44,079 bases of DNA from a virus (taxonomy: Duplodnaviria > Caudoviricetes), in the IMG/VR virus record IMGVR_UViG_3300030376_006920, positions 1-44,079 of that record; one strand, 5' to 3'. Made by a program: the position numbers and the translations under genes. Of this stretch, positions 37,106 through 44,079 are shown piece after piece. Numbering within the stretch: the stretch's first letter is position 1; every line of letters begins with the position of its first letter. The notes under the pieces were generated by a model, which had not been told where the DNA came from, ran no database searches, and saw nothing but the letters and a program-made list of their open reading frames with translations.

Positions 37106-37596
37106 TATAATCTTGCATCTTTAATTCCTAAACGTTCTGGTCTTGTATAGTGACAAGTTAAAATGATTGATAAACTTGAACCAAAATCATCTACTGTATC
37201 ACTATATGGATAAGACGGGTCTTTACCTACTACTAATTGATTTTCTACTAAATTATCAACTTCATAGTAATCTTCGTTCCATAATATTGCATCTCCTATT
37301 TCAGGAACTACATTTGCATCAACTAAATCTTTTCTAAAGAAACGAACTGATAATGGTCTATTTCTATCTACACCAAAGTCATCATTTGTTACTTCTTGTT
37401 CACCTCTATCGAGCAAACACTTAATTAAAACAGGGCCTATCCACGTTTTATTTTGCGCTTCACCATAAATGTTAGCAGGCGTCGAATCTAACTTTGGCTT
37501 GTAATATCCAACCTGTTGTTCGATGATTCTATGCAAAAGCTCTGTATTGAGCCCTTGAAATAATAATACATCTCTGTTTTTTCCGTATAATGCCAT
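37105..37596 (-). CDS. Head completion / neck protein (T4 gp14-like)
   Basis: NIYGEA..K, PEIGDAI.W...YYEV; gene order. Confidence 0.7.
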   Translation of the reverse strand: MALYGKNRDVLLFQGLNTELLHRIIEQQVGYYKPKLDSTPANIYGEAQNKTWIGPVLIKCLLDRGEQEVTNDDFGVDRNRPLSVRFFRKDLVDANVVPEIGDAILWNEDYYEVDNLVENQLVVGKDPSYPYSDTVDDFGSSLSIILTCHYTRPERLGIKDARL

Positions 37597-37597
37597 A

Positions 37598-38749
37598 TTA
37601 TGCTATAAAGATAGGTAAAGGTACTTGATCTAATGTAGTTTTCATTGCATCTGCCTCTTCTGCTTTACGTTGAAGTTGCATTTTTCTTGAATTTTCATCT
37701 AAATCAATTCTTAATTTTTCAATTAATGCTGATTTTTCTGCGTTTGCTGCTGCAATTAAATCTGCTTGATTTAAAGTTACTTCAGCTCCAGGAACGGGTA
37801 CCTGTGAATATTTACCTCTTACATATCCTAATAATTCTTTAGCTAGTGCTAAAGTGTATTCAAATATCCAATATCTACCAGGTGCATTAACATAAGCATA
37901 AGTTGGGTTTTCATATGGAACATTTGAAATATCTGTTACCATATTGCTTCCTGAGAATGCAGGAGAAGTAGGGGCATTTCTTTCATCTACTTTTATATAT
38001 TGAATAAACAATTGCCCAGTAGTATTTGGTATAGGAAATATTTTTAATTGATTATTTACAAGTTCAAATGTAAATGCCGATTTTCTAATCTGATCATTCA
38101 TTTCAATTGCTTGAATTACAGATACATCATAATAAATTGGCATTAATAAGAAGTTAATAGCAGGAGAATAGTTTCCAAACCCAAAAACATCCATTAATTG
38201 TTGTGATCCGTATCCTGTACCAGCATATGGATCAAAATATCTTACAATTGCAGGAGTATTTTGATAAAATACTTGTTTTACCTCAATTGAACCTGTAATA
38301 CCTTGTGTATCTTTCCAAGCATTTAAATCATATTCCTGTTGTGAAGCTGTAAGCGGAATTGAACCTGAATACCAAGTTACTGTACCTCCTGATCCTGCTT
38401 CAGATCCATAATTTTCAGCTAACCTAATTACATTTCCTAAATTAGGATTAATTACTTTATTATTTAAGTCAGAACCTGTAGTAGCAGCTTCTAAGTTTAT
38501 AAAGTTATTTCGTATTTGATATAGGTAAAGTTCATTACCATATGTAGTTACTGCTTCTTCAAAACAAGCATAAAATGAACCACTGCCCATTTCAACATCA
38601 ACTGTAGGATATCCTAAACGAGATGCACAAAATTGTGCTACTTTATCGGCATCTGCCGCAAAGTCAGCATCCGTATCATAAAATCCAAAAGGAGTTGAGC
38701 CAGTTTCAAAAGTTGAATTACCAGTCCATATTATAGGTACTTGAGACAT
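37598..38749 (-). CDS. Neck / head-tail adaptor protein (T4 gp13-like)
   Basis: RLGYPTVDVE, WIFEYTLALAKELLGYVRGKY..VP.PG..VTLN. Confidence 0.8.
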   Translation of the reverse strand: MSQVPIIWTGNSTFETGSTPFGFYDTDADFAADADKVAQFCASRLGYPTVDVEMGSGSFYACFEEAVTTYGNELYLYQIRNNFINLEAATTGSDLNNKVINPNLGNVIRLAENYGSEAGSGGTVTWYSGSIPLTASQQEYDLNAWKDTQGITGSIEVKQVFYQNTPAIVRYFDPYAGTGYGSQQLMDVFGFGNYSPAINFLLMPIYYDVSVIQAIEMNDQIRKSAFTFELVNNQLKIFPIPNTTGQLFIQYIKVDERNAPTSPAFSGSNMVTDISNVPYENPTYAYVNAPGRYWIFEYTLALAKELLGYVRGKYSQVPVPGAEVTLNQADLIAAANAEKSALIEKLRIDLDENSRKMQLQRKAEEADAMKTTLDQVPLPIFIA

Positions 38750-38763
38750 AATTAGGTTTTGTT

Positions 38764-38771
38764 ATAAATAT
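38764..38771 (-). promoter_or_regulatory. Putative late promoter ATATTTAT
   Basis: Upstream of the neck genes. Confidence 0.6.
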
Positions 38772-39506
38772 TTATTTTCTTGCGGTTCCACTACTACCTG
38801 CAGTACCTACTATTCGTTTATTATCATAAGCATCGTTATAATAGTCAATTAAATCTTGAACTATTTCATCTCTATTATTTGTTAATAGAGTAATTGATTC
38901 CATATTTTTAACTTTTTTAGCAGCGCTATATAAAAATTTAAAACCAGAATCTTCTTTTTTCTTTAAATCTACCTGATGTGTATCACCACATACAATCATT
39001 TTTGATCGTTTTCCAATACGAGTTGCGATCATTTCCATTTGATCATGTGTAACATTTTGTGCTTCATCTACTATAATAATAGAATCTAAGAATGTTCTAC
39101 CTCGCATAAATGATACAGGTACAATTTCTATTTTACCATCTTCAATAAATTTTTCTATTTTTACTTTATCATATAATAGAAACATATTTTGATAAATAGG
39201 TTGAACCCAAGGGTCCATTTTTTCTCTTAAATCTCCAGGTAAAAATCCAATTTCTTCTTTGGATACAGTTGGTCTAGTAATTATGACTTTATCATATTGT
39301 CGTCTGAATAGACCATCTAATGCAATATTACATGCTAGTAACGTTTTTCCAGAACCTGCTTGTCCCGCTAGTAGCGTGACTGTATTATCTAATATTTTTG
39401 CTTTAGCTTCTTTTTGCTCTTCGTTTAATTGTAATTTAAATTTAATTGGGTTTTTTGGTATCCTCTTTGGACGATATACATCATCCGTATGGGGTTTACT
39501 CGCCAT
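38772..39506 (-). CDS. phoH: PhoH-family ATPase
   Basis: GQAGSGKT, TRP, GFLPG, FMRGRTF, DEAQN, TRIG, GD..QVDL; start at 39506 or 39512. Confidence 0.95.
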   Translation of the reverse strand: MASKPHTDDVYRPKRIPKNPIKFKLQLNEEQKEAKAKILDNTVTLLAGQAGSGKTLLACNIALDGLFRRQYDKVIITRPTVSKEEIGFLPGDLREKMDPWVQPIYQNMFLLYDKVKIEKFIEDGKIEIVPVSFMRGRTFLDSIIIVDEAQNVTHDQMEMIATRIGKRSKMIVCGDTHQVDLKKKEDSGFKFLYSAAKKVKNMESITLLTNNRDEIVQDLIDYYNDAYDNKRIVGTAGSSGTARK

Positions 39507-39551
39507 AAACATTTTGTTAAAGGGTTAAACATATGGAAAAAAGCGTCACAT

Positions 39552-39559
39552 ATAAATAT
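39552..39559 (-). promoter_or_regulatory. Putative late promoter ATATTTAT
   Basis: Abuts the capsid terminator, upstream of phoH. Confidence 0.6.
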
Positions 39560-39589
39560 AAAAAAAATCCCGCCTTACGGGGCGGGATT
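39560..39589 (-). terminator. Rho-independent terminator after the major capsid gene
   Basis: AATCCCGCC-N6-GGCGGGATT followed by a U-tract on the minus strand. Confidence 0.9.
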
Positions 39590-39616
39590 CTTTAAATAAG
39601 TAAAAGTTACTTAATC

Positions 39617-41269
39617 TTAGATTACATCTAGATCTGCAACAAGTACTTTACCATAAAATTCAGGTCTTACCATTTTCTTAGCGTAACGTGTCATGATACC
39701 TTTTCTTGGAGTGAAGGTATTAGGATCGTACACTAGAGGTGTCATGATTAATGGAATATATGGAGCATATACAGCACCACTTTCTAGGAATTGATTTCCT
39801 CTAAAGCCCATCAAGATTGTGTTTTCAGTCATGTATGGGTTTTTGTACACTTTGTAACGGCTGTTTAAAGCACCGATTTTCTGTACACCAAATGCATAGT
39901 TAGCTTTAGATACATCTCCGTCGCTATCAGCAGCAAATCCTGGGATTGATTCTAGTACAGTTGCTACAGTTGGAGATACTACCATAAAGTTAGCACCACC
40001 ACGTAGAGTTTTCTGGTGAATCAAGTTAGAAATTTTCTGTAGTTTAATTCCAAGTGTTTGGAACCAGCTCATTTGTGTATAATATACACCGTTAGTGTTA
40101 GAATCGAATGCAGTTTTAGCTGAATTAATTTCATTACCTACTCTTGCAGACCACTCAGCAACTTGGCTAGTTGGTACGTTTTCGATTAACATATCAAGAA
40201 TTTCAAGATCGATTTCCAATGAGATGTATTCTGAAAGGATGTTAGTCAATTCAGCTTCAGCATCTAGTGAATGGAAAGCGTTTAAATCTTGAGAAAATTC
40301 TGGTGTCCATTGTGCTTTTAACTTTCTTGTTTTAGCAGCAATAGTTTCACTTCTTAGTTGAACATCGATTTCTGGGATGTTAATTGCTCTACCAGTACCA
40401 GACTGAGAAGAGTAATCAGCTCCATCTTCGAAGTCACCTCTTGCGTTATCAGCAGTTTTCTTGTTATAGAAAACAGTAATATCTTCATCACTTTCAATAC
40501 CAGATGAAGTTACAAAGAAGTCAATACTATCTCCATTTAACTTAGTTAAAGATGGAAGGTTTTCAGCAGCTGTAATTGCAGCTAATGCTCCGTTATCACC
40601 AGTTAAATAGAATCCTCTAATTCCGTCTATATCAGCATTAGCTAAAGATCCTGTTTTAACAGTAATTTTAGTAATTTGCCCTGGAGCAGCTGCTATAGAA
40701 GCTGAGAAATCAGAGTTAAAGTTTACATCAGCATAAGAAGCTGAAGCAACAGTATGGTTAGCATCAGCAACAGAAGCTGAGAATTGGTTGATTGAATATC
40801 CAAATCTTCCAGCTCCGTAAAGTCCACCTGTGTTTGTGTTACCAAAGTGGCCATCTGTATAGCTATCACCATACATTGAATCACCATCAGTAACTGGAGT
40901 TTTAGTTGATCCATATTGGAAATCTAGATAAAATACTAGTCCAGCAGGAAGGCTCATTGGTTGAACAGAAACAAATTCTTTAGCAGCGATTTGTCCGAAT
41001 ACTTTACGTACTAGGGGTAGTGCTACTGCAGCGTACTGCTCACCAGTTCCTGGAGTAAAGCTTGCGCCAGTTCCAGTTGTATTAGCTTCAACAACAAGTT
41101 GTTTAGCTTGGTTTTCTAACATGATTGCCATGTTAGATTTATCAGTGTCACTAGAAATTCCTTCTAGTAGTCCTGACTTGTCCCACTTTCCAGCAAGTCT
41201 AGCAGCATCTTTTTGTACTGACTTGTATGGGTTAGCGGTCTCTAATAGTTGATTTACTACGTTTGACAT
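39617..41269 (-). CDS. Major capsid protein (T4 gp23-like)
   Basis: VSVQPM..PAGLVF, AKTRKLKAQWTPEFSQDL, DAEAEL, EIDLEI, YAPYIPL, PRKGIMTRYA. Confidence 0.97.
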   Translation of the reverse strand: MSNVVNQLLETANPYKSVQKDAARLAGKWDKSGLLEGISSDTDKSNMAIMLENQAKQLVVEANTTGTGASFTPGTGEQYAAVALPLVRKVFGQIAAKEFVSVQPMSLPAGLVFYLDFQYGSTKTPVTDGDSMYGDSYTDGHFGNTNTGGLYGAGRFGYSINQFSASVADANHTVASASYADVNFNSDFSASIAAAPGQITKITVKTGSLANADIDGIRGFYLTGDNGALAAITAAENLPSLTKLNGDSIDFFVTSSGIESDEDITVFYNKKTADNARGDFEDGADYSSQSGTGRAINIPEIDVQLRSETIAAKTRKLKAQWTPEFSQDLNAFHSLDAEAELTNILSEYISLEIDLEILDMLIENVPTSQVAEWSARVGNEINSAKTAFDSNTNGVYYTQMSWFQTLGIKLQKISNLIHQKTLRGGANFMVVSPTVATVLESIPGFAADSDGDVSKANYAFGVQKIGALNSRYKVYKNPYMTENTILMGFRGNQFLESGAVYAPYIPLIMTPLVYDPNTFTPRKGIMTRYAKKMVRPEFYGKVLVADLDVI

Positions 41270-41288
41270 TTTAAATGTTTTTTAAAAA

Positions 41289-42539
41289 TTAAATAATACC
41301 GGCTAGCTTTTGCATTCTAGCTACGAAATCATTACTCTCAACAATTGGTTGTTTAGTTTCAGCAACACCAGCAGCTTTAGAAGCAAATGAACGAGATTCG
41401 TTTACTGTCGTTTTAGCTTTAGTTGTTGTGTCTTTAATTGTTTCGAATATATTTTTAACTTCTTTCACAGATTCAGCACGATCAAATGCATTGATCACTT
41501 TTACTTTCTGTGCTTCAGTTAATGTTTTGCTACGGAACAATTTGTTCACGTATAAAAGCTTAGCGTTTAGAAGATTAACTTCGTTAAGTTCTGATTTAAG
41601 TGTGTTGATTACGTTAACAGCTTCGTTTAATTCGGCTTTAACTTCTTCAACTTCTTTTTTCTCATCCATGTCTTTCTTCTCTTCGTCGATTTCAATATCT
41701 CCGTCTTCGTCAGCGTCAATAGCAACATCCATGTCACCATCTCCATCTACGTCAACTTCCATATCTTCACCGCCTTCAGCGCCACCACCACCAAGTACGT
41801 CAGCCATGACGTCTTTGATAATGTCTTTAAGCTCGTCAACTGTGATTTCACCTACTTCATCGTCAGCTTCAGCTTCTACTACAGGAGCTTCTTCTTCGAT
41901 TTCTGTTTCAGCTACAGGAGCTTCTTCAGCAACAGGTGCTTCTTCTACAGTCTCATCTTTCATCTTGTCTTTACCATAGCCTTCTTCTGCGGCTTCTAGT
42001 TCAGCAAGTAATTCATCAAGGTCAATTTCTTCAATTGATCCTTCTTCGACAGCAGCTTCTTCAACAGCAGCTTCTTCAACTGCAGATTCCTCTACAGATG
42101 CTTCTTCTACTTTAGCTTCATCTACGTCTTTTTTCTCGTCAACTTTTGCTTCGTCTACGTCAGCTTTAGCTTCCTCCACCTCTTTGGCTTCGTCAACTTC
42201 TTTTGCTTCATCCATGTCCTTAGCTTCATCCATATCAGATTTTGCTTCGTCCATGTCTTCTTTTTTGCCTTCTTCTACTTCTTTAGCTTCATCCATGTCT
42301 TCTTTCTTGCCTTCTTCTACAGCAGCCTCATCTACGTTTGTAGTTTCTTCTACTTTAGTTTCGTCAAGATCTTTTTCTTCTGCTAGATCATCAGCTTCTT
42401 CAGCTAATTTTTTTTCTAACATAGATTGAATTTGTGGAGTAAAAGCCTCTTCAAGTGCAAGTTTAGCATTAGCAAGAGCAGTCTCACGGATTGCTTTAGC
42501 TTCAGCGATAGCATCGTTGAAAAACTTTGTGTTTGACAT
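41289..42539 (-). CDS. Prohead core / scaffolding protein
   Basis: Highly acidic with low-complexity repeats and a coiled-coil C-terminus ending RMQKLAGI; lies between protease and capsid; ATG 42539 preferred over TTG 42545. Confidence 0.85.
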   Translation of the reverse strand: MSNTKFFNDAIAEAKAIRETALANAKLALEEAFTPQIQSMLEKKLAEEADDLAEEKDLDETKVEETTNVDEAAVEEGKKEDMDEAKEVEEGKKEDMDEAKSDMDEAKDMDEAKEVDEAKEVEEAKADVDEAKVDEKKDVDEAKVEEASVEESAVEEAAVEEAAVEEGSIEEIDLDELLAELEAAEEGYGKDKMKDETVEEAPVAEEAPVAETEIEEEAPVVEAEADDEVGEITVDELKDIIKDVMADVLGGGGAEGGEDMEVDVDGDGDMDVAIDADEDGDIEIDEEKKDMDEKKEVEEVKAELNEAVNVINTLKSELNEVNLLNAKLLYVNKLFRSKTLTEAQKVKVINAFDRAESVKEVKNIFETIKDTTTKAKTTVNESRSFASKAAGVAETKQPIVESNDFVARMQKLAGII

Positions 42540-42560
42540 TTTCAATAAATTTTTGTCGGG

Positions 42561-42624
42561 ATTACTTATTAAGGGAAGTAATATAAGAGTTTATATCTTG
42601 AGTGAGATATTATTAGGAATATCT
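42561..42624 (-). promoter_or_regulatory. Multi-hairpin 5' leader of the scaffold-capsid transcript
   Basis: Perfect stems AGATATT-CCTAAT-AATATCT, ATATAA-ACTC-TTATAT and ATTACTT-CCCTTAAT-AAGTAAT. Confidence 0.55.
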
Positions 42625-42637
42625 ATCTTATCTGTAG

Positions 42638-42645
42638 ATAAATAT
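42638..42645 (-). promoter_or_regulatory. Putative late promoter ATATTTAT
   Basis: About 100 nt upstream of the scaffold start. Confidence 0.6.
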
Positions 42646-42672
42646 ATAGGGAGTATAAAAAAATAAGGAAAT

Positions 42673-43290
42673 TTAGCGTAGGCAACAAATACCTGACTGA
42701 GTACAGATAATATCTGAAACTATTTCGTTTAATTTTGAATATTTGTTAATGTTGTAGTTTCTACTTTCGTTTAACCCTGTAGGTTTCATAAAGGCTCCAT
42801 GTGTAGAAGGTGTAGAAACAAAATCCCAACATAATAGTTCAAAATCATCATCTACCTCTACTCTACCTTCACCTAACTGTTTAACAGAACCCATACCACG
42901 AGATGAGATACCAACAGTAATTTTATTATTGAATAATTCTTTTAATATATTACCTGATGGGGTAGGTAAAACTTCAATTTTACCCATTAAATCATTTCCA
43001 TCCCAATATAACTCTTTAATATTGTGAGAAGCATTTTTTAAGTTAATAACAGATGATTCTGGGTGATCTAATTCGCCTAATGCTCTATTTTCAGCAATAG
43101 GGCCACCTATATATTTGTCTACTTCTCTTTTTAGTATTTCAAATGGATAACGTCTTCCGTTATGGTTAAATTCTTCAGCACGCTGAACAACACCTTCAAC
43201 CATTAAGTTTTTACCACCAGCAATACCCTCTGTAATTTTGGATCTTTTAGGTGTAAATACGGAATATTCTATTAATAATTTTTGAGCCAT
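42673..43290 (-). CDS. Prohead protease (T4 gp21-like)
   Basis: NHNGRRY, ALGELDHP, ASH, GISSRGMGS, DFVSTPST.GA. Confidence 0.95.
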   Translation of the reverse strand: MAQKLLIEYSVFTPKRSKITEGIAGGKNLMVEGVVQRAEEFNHNGRRYPFEILKREVDKYIGGPIAENRALGELDHPESSVINLKNASHNIKELYWDGNDLMGKIEVLPTPSGNILKELFNNKITVGISSRGMGSVKQLGEGRVEVDDDFELLCWDFVSTPSTHGAFMKPTGLNESRNYNINKYSKLNEIVSDIICTQSGICCLR

Positions 43291-43291
43291 C

Positions 43292-44026
43292 TTACTTTTT
43301 TACTATACGAACATCAGAATCAGGAGATTTCTTTTGAACAGCAATAGCTGTATCTTCATCATCTACTTCAATTGCTTCTAATTTACGTGCTTCAGCTTTA
43401 TCTTTAAGTTCATCTACATCTACACCATATTTTTTAGCGTATTTTTCATAGATAGAATCACGTAGTCTGCCTAGTTCTTCAATATCGTCTGTTTCTAACA
43501 TAGTAGAACTTGCATTTACATCAGCTACTCTTTCGGCATCTTCTCCATGTTCACGGATAATTTTACCTTTTTGCTTTTCTAATGCAGCGATTGATTTAGC
43601 ATTTACTTCTACTTCGTATTCACTGTCGCCCATTGTAGCGAAGTTCTTTTTAGAATAGTAGTTAGCGTCTTTAGTAAGATTTTTAAGTACTTTTTTCTGT
43701 GCTTTTTTAACGTCGTCTTCTGTAATATCTACATTACCAACAGCTTCATTTTCAAGACCTAGTTCAACATCCATACCTCTGGCGTATTCGTATGGGTTAA
43801 CCATGTCAATGGTTTTAGCAATTATATCTACTTCTTGTTTTCCTGTAGATAATTTGGTTTGTTTTTCAGAAATCATACCCTTATTCTTTAAGATAGTTAT
43901 AGTATCTTTAAAGTTGTTACTTGGGGTAATAAACGGTAAGTTAGTATCACGACGCACTTCATACAAGAACTTTTGTTCTGTAATCTCGCCAGCTACTACT
44001 TTAGTATATAAGTCTTGTGTTGTCAT
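43292..44026 (-). CDS. Hypothetical protein, probably prohead/head-associated
   Basis: 244 aa, charged; late motif 4 nt before the ATG; directly upstream of the protease. Confidence 0.75.
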   Translation of the reverse strand: MTTQDLYTKVVAGEITEQKFLYEVRRDTNLPFITPSNNFKDTITILKNKGMISEKQTKLSTGKQEVDIIAKTIDMVNPYEYARGMDVELGLENEAVGNVDITEDDVKKAQKKVLKNLTKDANYYSKKNFATMGDSEYEVEVNAKSIAALEKQKGKIIREHGEDAERVADVNASSTMLETDDIEELGRLRDSIYEKYAKKYGVDVDELKDKAEARKLEAIEVDDEDTAIAVQKKSPDSDVRIVKK

Positions 44027-44030
44027 GTAT

Positions 44031-44038
44031 ATAAATAT
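44031..44038 (-). promoter_or_regulatory. Putative late promoter ATATTTAT
   Basis: Between the stop at 44039 and ATG 44026. Confidence 0.6.
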
Positions 44039-44079
44039 TTATTTACCTTGACCTCTGTAGGCCTTGACGTAATTTCTAC
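44039..44079 (-). CDS. 3' end of a small basic protein (...RNYVKAYRGQGK*)
   Basis: Hand translation; the YRGQG ending resembles small basic proteins of T4-like phages; truncated by the window. Confidence 0.55.
   Translation of the reverse strand, partial: RNYVKAYRGQGK

Noticed and set aside
22579-39526. AACCC in several 5' leaders (near 22580, 27051, 39521)
   Set aside because: Only 5 nt and few copies; cannot be told from chance without statistics.
1881-44051. All other plus-strand ORFs and nested minus-strand ORFs (e.g. 41428-41979, 25853-26389, 29367-29570, 34917-35099, 35736-35954)
   Set aside because: They overlap well-supported genes or regulatory spacers, show no motifs, and are explained by codon bias or repeat periodicity.
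1-44079. Stop-codon reassignment as in some Bacteroidota phages
   Set aside because: Genes are full-length and densely packed under the standard code; TAG (7711) and TGA (3353) act as stops.
1-44079. tRNA, rRNA or integrase/att features
   Set aside because: Intergenic gaps are short and show no cloverleaf or T-loop signatures; no recombinase ORF is present.

Overview
An AT-rich segment of a large T4-like (contractile-tailed) phage genome, most likely infecting Bacteroidota/Flavobacteriia. Host evidence is a Flavobacterium-type TonB-dependent receptor, TTTG-N20-TAnnTT promoters and the lack of Shine-Dalgarno motifs. All credible genes are on the minus strand. In transcription order (right to left): prohead protein, prohead protease, scaffold, major capsid protein, PhoH and neck/tail-completion proteins; then a ~14 kb cluster of Ser/Thr-rich fibre genes containing a GT4 + autotransporter-heptosyltransferase-like glycosyltransferase; then sheath, tube, tail chaperone pair, tape measure and baseplate proteins (hub with lysozyme); then a degenerate family-A polymerase, gp32-like SSB, RecA/UvsX, 5'-3' exonuclease, helicase, NrdB, NrdA and a TonB-dependent receptor cut by the window edge. 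Leading hypotheses: (1) a virion O-glycosylation system using an [ST][GA]S sequon; (2) a PolA with an altered steric gate that may make RNA; (3) a late-promoter motif that is the reverse complement of the T4 late promoter; (4) two apparent frameshift sites; (5) structured 5' leaders. All family calls come from motifs recognised by eye, not from database searches.
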